Source: Bacillales bacterium UBA7278 (GTDB taxonomy: Bacteria > Bacillota_I > Bacilli_A > RFN20 > CAG-826). Taken from it: DNA of 64,000 nucleotides. This document shows, piece after piece, positions 26,828-35,900 of this stretch. The stretch covers positions 25,267 to 89,266 of the forward strand of contig DKRQ01000026.1 in NCBI GenBank assembly GCA_002472275.1. The letters run 5' to 3'. Position numbers and translations under genes: made by a program. How positions within the stretch are numbered: the stretch's first letter is position 1; each line of letters starts with the position of its first letter. The notes under the pieces are model-generated. The model saw only the letters and a list, made by a program, of their open reading frames with translations. It was not told the DNA's origin and searched no databases.

Positions 26828-27988
26828 TTAAAGGGATTCGATGAAACGGAGATAGGGGAGATGCTTCTCGTTCACTTTCTTCGGGGAACCTTTATAGGCC
26901 TCGCGGAGGAAGGCGGAGAAGCCTGTCTTCCCTTTGAGGCTTGGCAGGGCTTTCTTGATCAGGTCGAGGGTATCCTTCAAGGTCCTTTCCTCGAGGAAGG
27001 GGATCTCGCACTCCTCCATCACGTCTTCCATCAAAAGGAGATAGAGGAGGCTTTCGTCCTCTTTCACCCCTTGGATCACGATGTCCTTTTTCTTCTTCTC
27101 AACCGTCTTGGCGTAAAGGACGGGGTCTTTCTGGACAAAGCTTTTATAGAAGGCGCGCGTGGTTTTCCTAAAGAAGGCGTCTTCCTTAAGGAAGGAACGG
27201 ATGCCGCGGTATTCGCCAAAACGCTTTTTCGCGTCCATATAGCCTAGGAGGATGTTCATCTGAATCGCGTTCTGCTTGAAGGAGAGGAAGCTGCCTTCGG
27301 GCAAAGAGGGGCGGATCAGGGTGACGTTAGGCAAATCGAAGAGCTCTTGCTTTTGGGCGACGGGGAGGGAGTTGAGCATGACGGCGATGACTTGCTCGGC
27401 GCCGAGTTCGAGGCAATAGTCGATCGGCAGGTTATTCCGCCACCCGCCATCGACGAAGGAACCCTTTTTGTTATGCCTGACCGGGAAGACGGGCCAGCAG
27501 GAGGCGGAGCAAATAAGTTCCTCCACGACCTCATCGTCTTTGAGTTTGTTGACGAGGACCTTGACCTCCTTCATGCCGGGGAAGGTGCATTTGATGATGC
27601 CTAGCTTCGGCTTTTTGAGGTGGTTGACCCTTAGGGGAGGGATATATTCCTGAAGCATCTTCTCAAGGGGTTCGGTGTTCGCCCCCTTGTTCTTGATGTA
27701 GCTATTGACGAAGGTCTTCCATTTGGAGCCCTTCTTTAAATCGATCTCCCCGATCAGATCCCTATCGAAGTTGATGCCGTTTTTCATGATGTCTTCCACG
27801 GTGACGTGGTCCCACATCTTCTTGGCGACCTCGTAGCCGTCGGCGGCGATCATCGTCCCGTTAATGGCCCCGATCGAGGTACCCGTGATGACGTCGAAAC
27901 GAAAATCCCTTTCCCTAAGATAGGCCCAAACGCCCATCTCATAGGCCCCGAGGGAACCGCCGCCACATAACGCGAGTCCTTGCTTCAT
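26828..27988 (-). CDS. patatin-like phospholipase
   Basis: GGGSLGAYEMG oxyanion motif, GTSIGA (GxSxG), and a DGG-type block (FVDGGW). Confidence 0.85.
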   Translation of the reverse strand: MKQGLALCGGGSLGAYEMGVWAYLRERDFRFDVITGTSIGAINGTMIAADGYEVAKKMWDHVTVEDIMKNGINFDRDLIGEIDLKKGSKWKTFVNSYIKNKGANTEPLEKMLQEYIPPLRVNHLKKPKLGIIKCTFPGMKEVKVLVNKLKDDEVVEELICSASCWPVFPVRHNKKGSFVDGGWRNNLPIDYCLELGAEQVIAVMLNSLPVAQKQELFDLPNVTLIRPSLPEGSFLSFKQNAIQMNILLGYMDAKKRFGEYRGIRSFLKEDAFFRKTTRAFYKSFVQKDPVLYAKTVEKKKKDIVIQGVKEDESLLYLLLMEDVMEECEIPFLEERTLKDTLDLIKKALPSLKGKTGFSAFLREAYKGSPKKVNEKHLPYLRFIESL

Positions 27989-28064
27989 GGCTAAATTATT
28001 CCTTCCTTTTTAGCAAAAAGAAAGGAGGGGACGTGGTTTTGTGGGATATGCTATAGTGGTGCCT

Positions 28065-28499
28065 ATGGAAAAGAACCTGCTCGCGATCGATTTGGGAAAA
28101 GGGTCCGTCGGACTCGCGATTTCCCGTTCGGGCATGTTCGTGACCCCTCTTCCCGAAGCCCGTTTCGAAGCGGGCCATTACGAGGCTGCGATCCTCGCCA
28201 TCAAGAAGACGATGGAGGAGGAAAAGGTCGAGACATTCGTCATTGGCTACCCTCTTTTCCCATCGGGGGATCCCTGCGAGATGACCCCGATCGTCGAACG
28301 CTTCATCAAGATGCTTAACGATTCCTTCCCCTCGATTCCCGTCAAAAAGCAAGACGAGAGGAATAGCACGGTCGAGGCCGCTTCCTTGATGCATGAAGGC
28401 GGAAAGAAAGCCAAGAAGCAAAGGAAGAACATCGATTCCGCCGCCGCGGCGGTCATCTTAAGCCGTTATCTGAAATCCATCGGTCAGGACGCCGATTAG
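28065..28499 (+). CDS. ruvX: Holliday junction resolvase-like nuclease RuvX/YqgF
   Basis: LLAIDLGKGSVGLAIS N-terminus, roughly 144 aa. The ATG at 28065 is 7 nt after TGcTATAGT. Confidence 0.8.
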   Translation: MEKNLLAIDLGKGSVGLAISRSGMFVTPLPEARFEAGHYEAAILAIKKTMEEEKVETFVIGYPLFPSGDPCEMTPIVERFIKMLNDSFPSIPVKKQDERNSTVEAASLMHEGGKKAKKQRKNIDSAAAAVILSRYLKSIGQDAD

Positions 28500-31400
28500 G
28501 GTTTGGCGTACCAACCAGCATTCGTATACGCGGAGTTCGCGCTGGTTTTTCCCCACGCCCCGTTCCATAAGCCTTCGGCCGAGCCGACGAGGTCTTCGTA
28601 GTAATAGTAGGTGTTCGTCACGGTGATGGTATGGAACCAAGACCATTCCTCTTCCTCAACCTGGACGCTATTAGCGCGGTAGATGGAAGCGCCATTGGCC
28701 TTGTTCCAGGCATTGTAATAGGTGCCGTCGCTGACGTTTTGGATGCTGAAGTCGAGGGAGGCGACGATGTTGAGGATGGCGATCGAGATGGTCGTGCCGC
28801 CGGTGAGGCGATAGAGGGTGTTCTTGGAATAGGTTTTGTTGGCCTCGTCCGTATAAGTGACCTTCTTGCCCTCGATATTGGCGGTCAAGGTGCCCAAAAG
28901 GCTCGTGTGCGCCAAGGCGCCTAACCCGATGTCGAGCTTCCATTTGGGCGCGTTCAAAGAGGAGTTGGTGACCGAGACGCCTTCGACGATGTCCTCGCCG
29001 TGGAATGCCTGACCCGCACTGGAAGTCGCGCCATCGAGGTTATCGGTGACGATGGAACCGAGGTTGAGGATATATTTCGCAAGCCAATCGACCATGTTCG
29101 CGCCGAAATCCTTGCCCGTTACCTTCCTGTGGTCGACGTTAGGCGTATCCTTGCTGCGGTTGTTATAGGGGTTGATGCCCGTCAAACGGGTGAGATAGAG
29201 GGTGCCGGAGGTATCGCTGCCGTCGGTCTCGTAGAAGATGTTCGTCATCGTGTCCTCTGGGATGACCTTGACGAGGCCAGCCAGCGCGGTGGTCTTCGGC
29301 GAGAAGACGCGCCCGATGATCTTGAGGTTGGTGCCCGACATCAAAAGGTAGATGTCGAGGGTGATGTGGACGTCTTTGACGGTCCACTTGCTGCCGAGTT
29401 TGATCTCGAGGGTGACGCTGCCATGGATATGGTAGGTGGTGTCGGACCTTAGGTCGGTCGCGCCAAGGGTGATGGTATCAAGGGCGAATTGGAGCAAGGT
29501 CTTCAAAGAGGAATAGTCGACGAAGCCGCTGCTATGGCTAGCGAAGACAAAGGGGAAGCTATCGAAGGAAGTGGAGCCGAGGGTGATCTTGGCGTAGACG
29601 TCCGTATTGGTCTCCCCTTCTAGGGTGAGCCACACCTCGATCGTGGAGGGTTTGCCGTCGTTAAGGTAACCGATTTTGATGGTGAGTCCGGTGGTCGGCT
29701 GGAGGAATCCAGGTGCGATTTCGAAAGTGGTGGAATTGTCCAAAATCTCCGCAGAAGTGATCAATTTTGTGGCCAAAAGCTCGAAATATTGGCCGGAAAG
29801 AAGCTTCATGAGCAACGTCTCCGCGGTGATCGACGAGATGAGGTTCGTGATCCTTTTGAAACGGGGGTCGGTCGAATCGGTGAGCTGCCTGATGACGTCG
29901 ATGACGCCGTTAAGGGAGTGGACGGAGAAAGAACCCTTCAAGGGGTTATTGCTCGGCTCGGAACGGTTTTCGGCGTTATAGGTGGAACTGTCGCCGCTTT
30001 TGGTGACCGTGGTGTTCTTCGAGTTGTATTCGAAGTACATCGCGTTGTGGTTGCCGCTGCCCTTCATGTCGTTTTCGTCGCTATCGTCTTCGCCCGCCTC
30101 GCCGGTTACGTCGATCTTGAGGCTATGGTCGTTGACGTAATTCTCCTTGAGGTCGAGGAAGGTCATTTGGCCCGTGCCGAGTTTGTTCTTCAAATCGAAG
30201 GCGAGGGAGCCATGGAACGCCATGCCCTGTTCCTTCCTGCCGACTTTGGCGACGGGATCGTAGACGTAGGCGTTCGCGGTTTTGGTGGAAACCTTGGACA
30301 CGGTCCCTTCCTTAAGCGCATAGCCATCGAGTTGCACCTGGAGCTGGTCGCGTTCGGCGATCGCGTCGATTTCCTCGGTCCAGTGGGGGAGGTGGGTCAT
30401 CGTGATGTAGCCGGAACGGTCGAATTCGGGCTGCTCGTAATGCCTTAGGTCAAGGTGCCCGGAAAGATGGAAGGCGGTCTCGGTGGAGTTGGAGCCGGTG
30501 ATGCCGACGTTATCTAGGCTCAAGGAGGCGAGGGCGATGTTGCCGCCACGTCCATCGAGGACGATGGTCGCATACCCATCCATCGAAGCGAAGGAAAGGT
30601 CGAGTTTGGCGATAAGCTTGTTATCTTCCGCCTTAAGCTCGCAGATCGTGGAGACGATGTCCTCGTAATGGGATTCGGAGATGTCGCGGTAGATGCTCGA
30701 GCTCTTGATGACCTCGATCGCATTGGCGATGGCCTCGATCGTGGAAAGGACGCTTTGGATGAGCTTTATGATGAGCTCGTTTTGGATGGTCGGATCCGAC
30801 AACGCGTCGATCAAAGAAGCCAAAAGGGCCGACACCACGTCGACCGGGGTATGAACCTTCAAGATGTCATTGAGGTTCAAATAGGCGTTCACCAAGGAGC
30901 CGTCCTCGGCTTCCTCGGCTTCCTTTTCGATGCGAAGCCTCAAATCCTGGCTCGTGGAGCCGGAGGCGAAGTTTAGCCTCGCGTCCACCTCGCCAAAGAG
31001 GGAGGAGGAGAAGTCGCAGTCGGCGGCGACGCCGATCGTGGCCTCCTCATAGACCGCTTCCTTCTCGAACTGGGTGTCGCTTCCTTCGACCGCGGCCTCG
31101 CTATGGGTGAGGGTAAAGGAGCCGTCCAACCCGAAGGATTTCGTGTTCGCCATCGAGGCGATTTCGCGGTAAAGGTCGAGCGAATCCTCGATTTCGATGT
31201 AGGAGGCTTCGGGTAGGGGGAGGTTCCAATCCAAATCGCCTTCCTGAGAACTGATCGAGGCGACGATCTTTAGCTCCACGTTGTCGTTAACCGCGAAACG
31301 GGAAGACGAATCGGCGGGGAAGGAGATGCCACTGAGGTTATTATGGCCATCCGCGTGGATGCCGATTGGGAAGATATCCTCGCCGATCGGGAGGTCCCAG

Positions 31401-32092
31401 CGGTAATCAAGGCCGTTGAGGCATTCGATGCTATTGACCGAATCCAAAACGGAATCCCAATCGATTTCAGTCTTGGAGACATCGGTCTCCTTGCCTAGGG
31501 AAATTGCGTTGATCCCAAGGGTGGACAAAATCACGGAGAGGAAGTGATCGAGCTGGCCGTATTCGAAATAGGAGACGCCGCCGGTCCTCGAATCGATGCC
31601 TTCCCCGTCGTCGAAAGAGGAAAGGGAGGCTTTGTAGTTCACGTCGTAATCGACCCCGGCGGTGCCGCCATCGCCAAGGGAGACATAAAGGGCGTCGTTT
31701 TGTAGATTTAGCGAAAGGGAACGCGAAACCCCGTTATAGGAAAGGGGGGCGTTAAGGGCGAAAGACAAAGAATGAAGCGAAAGCCCATCCACCTTGAATT
31801 GGCCATGGGAACCGCTAAGGTCGAACACGTTATCGACCTTGCCTTCCTCCTTTGCGGGAATCGCGATTTCAAGGGCGTCGAAATCGAGGCGGAGTCCGCC
31901 GCGGATGCCCTCGAGGAGTTGTTCCTTGATGGGGGTTCTGTTGGTCGGCTTCTCGTCGAGAGGGACGTAAGAGGAAGTGGATTCCTCCTCCTTTTTCCCT
32001 TCGGCGTGAACAGGGGCGAAGGAGCACGAGAAAAGCAGGCTCAATAGAGCTCCGGTCAACATCGATTTCCTGAAAGCGCTGTTCTTTTTCAT
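28496..32092 (-). CDS. 1198-aa acidic surface lipoprotein of unknown family (paralog of 32935..36900)
   Basis: Uninterrupted ORF. Signal peptide MKKNSAFRKSMLTGALLSLLFSC carries a lipobox-like LFSC. Collinear similarity to the 1321-aa protein. No motif recognised. Confidence 0.8.
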   Translation of the reverse strand: MKKNSAFRKSMLTGALLSLLFSCSFAPVHAEGKKEEESTSSYVPLDEKPTNRTPIKEQLLEGIRGGLRLDFDALEIAIPAKEEGKVDNVFDLSGSHGQFKVDGLSLHSLSFALNAPLSYNGVSRSLSLNLQNDALYVSLGDGGTAGVDYDVNYKASLSSFDDGEGIDSRTGGVSYFEYGQLDHFLSVILSTLGINAISLGKETDVSKTEIDWDSVLDSVNSIECLNGLDYRWDLPIGEDIFPIGIHADGHNNLSGISFPADSSSRFAVNDNVELKIVASISSQEGDLDWNLPLPEASYIEIEDSLDLYREIASMANTKSFGLDGSFTLTHSEAAVEGSDTQFEKEAVYEEATIGVAADCDFSSSLFGEVDARLNFASGSTSQDLRLRIEKEAEEAEDGSLVNAYLNLNDILKVHTPVDVVSALLASLIDALSDPTIQNELIIKLIQSVLSTIEAIANAIEVIKSSSIYRDISESHYEDIVSTICELKAEDNKLIAKLDLSFASMDGYATIVLDGRGGNIALASLSLDNVGITGSNSTETAFHLSGHLDLRHYEQPEFDRSGYITMTHLPHWTEEIDAIAERDQLQVQLDGYALKEGTVSKVSTKTANAYVYDPVAKVGRKEQGMAFHGSLAFDLKNKLGTGQMTFLDLKENYVNDHSLKIDVTGEAGEDDSDENDMKGSGNHNAMYFEYNSKNTTVTKSGDSSTYNAENRSEPSNNPLKGSFSVHSLNGVIDVIRQLTDSTDPRFKRITNLISSITAETLLMKLLSGQYFELLATKLITSAEILDNSTTFEIAPGFLQPTTGLTIKIGYLNDGKPSTIEVWLTLEGETNTDVYAKITLGSTSFDSFPFVFASHSSGFVDYSSLKTLLQFALDTITLGATDLRSDTTYHIHGSVTLEIKLGSKWTVKDVHITLDIYLLMSGTNLKIIGRVFSPKTTALAGLVKVIPEDTMTNIFYETDGSDTSGTLYLTRLTGINPYNNRSKDTPNVDHRKVTGKDFGANMVDWLAKYILNLGSIVTDNLDGATSSAGQAFHGEDIVEGVSVTNSSLNAPKWKLDIGLGALAHTSLLGTLTANIEGKKVTYTDEANKTYSKNTLYRLTGGTTISIAILNIVASLDFSIQNVSDGTYYNAWNKANGASIYRANSVQVEEEEWSWFHTITVTNTYYYYEDLVGSAEGLWNGAWGKTSANSAYTNAGWYAKP

Positions 32093-32118
32093 CGTGTGTG
32101 CATACCCGTAAAGGGCTA

Positions 32119-32133
32119 CTGCATTATATGCAG
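32119..32133 (-). promoter_or_regulatory. 15-bp palindrome CTGCAT-ATA-ATGCAG containing a perfect TATAAT, 30 nt upstream of the 1198-aa gene
   Basis: Read directly on the minus strand. TATAAT is the complement of 32123-32128. Confidence 0.35.
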
Positions 32134-32168
32134 TACAACCAAAAGGCCGCTTTCCAAAGTGGGGAAAC

Positions 32169-32198
32169 CATTCTCCGATTCGTAGAATCGAAGAAAAA
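32169..32198 (-). promoter_or_regulatory. shared promoter/operator module, copy 1: TTTTTC-17-GAGAAT containing the 20-mer ATTCTACGAATCGGAGAATG
   Basis: The 20-mer at 32169-32188 is identical to 37954-37973. It has an internal palindrome, GATTC-TAC-GAATC. Confidence 0.6.
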
Positions 32199-32217
32199 AC
32201 CCTCTTGTTATCGAGGG
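32194..32217 (-). terminator. terminator of the XRE-TM gene
   Basis: Minus strand reads CCCTC-gataacaa-GAGGG-TTTTTT. The stop codon lies in the loop. Confidence 0.5.
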
Positions 32218-32864
32218 AATTTCTTCTTGGGTTTTAGGTTCATTCCTAGCATCAGGATCAGAATGACCTGGATGGGGATGCCGACCACGAGGATGTACCA
32301 GATGTTCTCGCTTGGGTCGTTCCAATATTGGAACTGAATCGCGAAGGATATGAGGATCGTCCATATGAAGCAGGAGGCGATGGATACGTTAGCGATCTTG
32401 TTGTGCCAGAAGTGGCGCACCTCGAAGAAGACTAGTAGCAGGGTGACGGGCACCATCCACACAAAGAGAACCCACAGCGATTTGCGGTTTTGCTCGGGCG
32501 CGGGATTATGGGCGAAGGGGCTATAGTAGCCAGAGAAGAAGACGCAGATGACGACGAGCAGGACGAAGGCCACGGTCATCGCGATGATGAGGCCGCGGTT
32601 GACATTCTTTTGCCTCGTCCCTTTGCTAGCGACGGTCTCTAGGTCCTCTTGCTTTTGCTCGGCCACGAGGTAATCGATGCTGACCCCATAGAACTCGGCG
32701 AAGTCCTTAAGGACGTCGACGCCGGGGACGGAATAGCCAAGCTCCCATTTGGAGATGGATTTGTCCGAATAGTTGATCTTCTCGGCGAGGTCCTGCTGGG
32801 TGAGCCCGCGCGCTTTGCGAAGGCTCGCGAGGTTCTTACCGACGATTTCCGCTAGGTTTTCCAT
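32208..32864 (-). CDS. membrane-bound XRE-family regulator (N-terminal HTH plus 4 TM helices; BcrR-like architecture)
   Basis: HTH segment RGLTQQDLAEKINYSDKSISKWELG, then 4 hydrophobic helices. The ATG at 32864 is 6 nt after CATAAT. Confidence 0.8.
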   Translation of the reverse strand: MENLAEIVGKNLASLRKARGLTQQDLAEKINYSDKSISKWELGYSVPGVDVLKDFAEFYGVSIDYLVAEQKQEDLETVASKGTRQKNVNRGLIIAMTVAFVLLVVICVFFSGYYSPFAHNPAPEQNRKSLWVLFVWMVPVTLLLVFFEVRHFWHNKIANVSIASCFIWTILISFAIQFQYWNDPSENIWYILVVGIPIQVILILMLGMNLKPKKKFPR

Positions 32865-32896
32865 GAGGCTATTATGCGCTTTTCGCAAATCGGGCA

Positions 32897-32927
32897 AAAG
32901 AAAAAGACACCCGCTTGCGCGAGTGCC
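32897..32927 (-). terminator. rho-independent terminator after the 1321-aa gene
   Basis: Minus strand reads CACTCGC-gcaa-GCGGGTG (one G-U pair) followed by TCTTTTTCTTTT. Confidence 0.6.
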
Positions 32928-32934
32928 TTTGGTT

Positions 32935-35900
32935 TTAGAGGTAGAGGCAGCCGACCGGACCCTCGTAGGCGAGGGAGTAGTACATCATCTGCCTGACGAA
33001 CTGCTGTTGCTGCACTTCCTCGTTGACCTTGACGTTTAGGGTCTCAACCTTCCAGTCGACGAAGTAGTTGGTAGCATCCGCGGCGGTCTGGTTGACGGAG
33101 GCGTTGCTAGAACGGGTCGCATCGTAGAGGGCGCCTTTGGCGGATTGTCCGATCACACCGGAATCGTCGACGTCGCCGACGAAGTTCGCCGCGTATTCGG
33201 GCGCATCGAGCCAGACGTTCTTCATAACGCCGCCATCGATGTTGTTGAGGGCGAGCCTTACCTTGGCGGAGGCGACGTTCATCGTGTTGGTGACCGCTCC
33301 TTCGGAGTCATGGCCGACCAAGCCGATCTTAAGTCCCGCCTCAAGGGAGGTGAGGGTCTTGAAGGAGGTGGAGTTGCCATGGCCATCGTCCTGGGTGACC
33401 TTTTCGCCGGAGATGCTCACGCCGACCTCGCCTAGCGGGGAGATGCCAAGGAGTTCGCCTAGGTTCATCGTGATGTCCCAGACGGGGGCGTTGGAGTTGC
33501 CATTATAGGCGTAGTGGAGGCAAGCGTCGTCGAAATGGATGGCCTTGGTAGCGGTAGAGGAAGAAGAGCTTGCCGCCGGGGTTTCGGATTCCTCGAAGAA
33601 TTCGTCGAGGACGCCTAGTCCATACTGGACGAGGTAGCCTAGCGGGTTGGCGTTCATCTGCTTTCCGGTGAAGCGCATCGCGTCGTAGACGTTGCGGACT
33701 TTGCCGTAGGAGGAGTCGCGGGTGATGAGGTATTCGCCGGTCGGGTCGATGCCGTTGGCGTAGTAATAGATGTCGGTATCACGGACGCCTTCGGCTTCGC
33801 TCGGACGGAAATAGGCGCTGCTATCGGGCGCGTTCACGCCGCGGATGACGGGGATGTCATGGAGGCGGGCGTAGGCTTTGGTCTCGGCCCCTTCGACGGA
33901 GGCGTAGGCATCGAAGCCATAGACGTCGATGTCGTAGCCGGCGATGTTGAGGGAGACGTCGCCATCGATGCCGTAGTAGGAGACGCCAGTAACCGGGGTC
34001 TCGATGGTCTTGGATGGATCTTCGGGATCCTCTTCCTCGATGAAGCGGACGCCGGAAACGGTGCCGACGGCATAGGAAGCGAGCTCGCCGATCGAGGAGA
34101 TGTCGCTAAGGGCATCCTTATCCTCGATGGAGGAAAGTTCGGTGTTCTCCTGTTTGGCTTTGATGCCGGAGACCGTGAAGTCGATGGAGTGGGCGGTTTC
34201 GTCCTCGCCGACATAGTCGATGTCGATCACAAGGCTAGAAAGTCCCTTTTCCTCGGTGCTCGTCAAGGCTTCGTCGAATTCGGCCCTGATGAGGAAGGTC
34301 GCGCCTTCGGGGAGGCCGAGTTCGCTGCCGTTGAGAGTGATCTCGATGGACTCGTTGCCGAGTTCGATCGGGTTCACGTACTTGCTGGCCTGGAGGGAGA
34401 GCAAGGAGAAGTAATTGCCGGAGGTGATGTCGGAGATGACGCCGGTGGATTCTTCCTTGGCGAGGCTAGAGATGAGCCTGCCGAAGCGATCGTCCACGTC
34501 GAAGATGCCGTTAAGGGAGGGCTTAACGAGGTCGAGCAAGGTGGAAACGCCTAGCTTCGCCCCGATGCCGTTTTGGTTCTTCGGGTTGCTGGAGTGGGGG
34601 ACGTTCGCGTCGTTGATGGAGTCGTAATGGAGGGCGACGGAATCGAGTTCGTCGTAGAGATCCATGGCGATGTTATGCTGCTGATAATAGCCTTCGCTCC
34701 TTTGGAGGAGTTTGGCGTTAACCGTGCCTTTACCTTGCTCGGAGGAGAGGTCGAAGGCCGCTTTGGCGTTGATATCAAGGCCGGTGGTCGGCTCTCCATT
34801 CGCATCGAGGACGCCGTCCTTGGTGGAGGTGACGTGGCCTTCGATGTTGGCTTCAAAGGACTTCGCGTCGACGATCGCGCCGATTTGATCCTTCAGGCCA
34901 TAGACGTGGGAGAGGGGCTTAAGGTCCTCGAAGCCCGCGGGCATCGCGATATTGGCGATTTCGGCGAGGTTAAGGCCGAGGTGGCCGCGGAGAGTGAACG
35001 ACATGAACTTGATATCGTTGAAGTCGATGCCGATCAACTGGTTGCTGGAAATGGAGAGGGTGGCTCCGCCTTCAAGCCCGATCGGGGCGAAGGTGAGCTC
35101 GACGGTGAGGCTCGAATCGCCGCCTTCGATGGTTTTGACAAAGTCAAGCGCGGAGTCGTAGACGCCTTTGCCTAGGCCTTTGACGAAGTCGGAGTCGGTG
35201 ATGGACTTGATCGCGTTGCCCAAAGAGGGGAGGAACTTGGCGATCTGATCGACCGTGTTGGCTTCCTCGGCCTGCTCGGTCTTTTCGGCGGTCACGGATT
35301 CCTCTTTGGCGAAGAGGGAGCCCATGAGCTCGTCGAGATAGAGCCTGCTGGTCTTGGCTTCGACGAGGCCGTTGAGGTTGACGTAGGCGTCATAGTCCTG
35401 GAAAGGCTCGCCGCCTTTTTCGGTCTCGGAGCCTTTGACGTATCTGGCTTGGATCCTATGGGTGGTGTTGGGGACGACTTCCCACTCGGCGCCGCCGTTA
35501 GGCTGGATCTGCGAGAGGTTCACGTCGGCGGAAACGCCTTCGAAGTCGAACTTGAAGTCCTGATGGAGTTCTTCCTTCTTGGAGAAATTCGCGGTCATAT
35601 CGGACTTGAAGTCGCCGTTAACGGCGATCCTCATGCCATCGTTGACCTCGTCTTTGGCGAGGACGGTACGGGAGCCTTCGACGCCATCTTGGTGATTCAT
35701 GAGGTCGAGGCTTAGGTCGAAGGAGGCTTCGGGCCTGGCAAAGAGGGTGGCCACGGACTCGAAGAGGGCGGCCGAGTTGCGAAGATCCTTATAGGAAGAG
35801 AGGTCGCCGGGCATGAAGGAGGCGAAGTCGACGCTTTCTTGCTCAGCGGGGACCACGAGCGGGGTGATCGAGGCAGAGGCTTTGATCCTCATGGTCGGGT

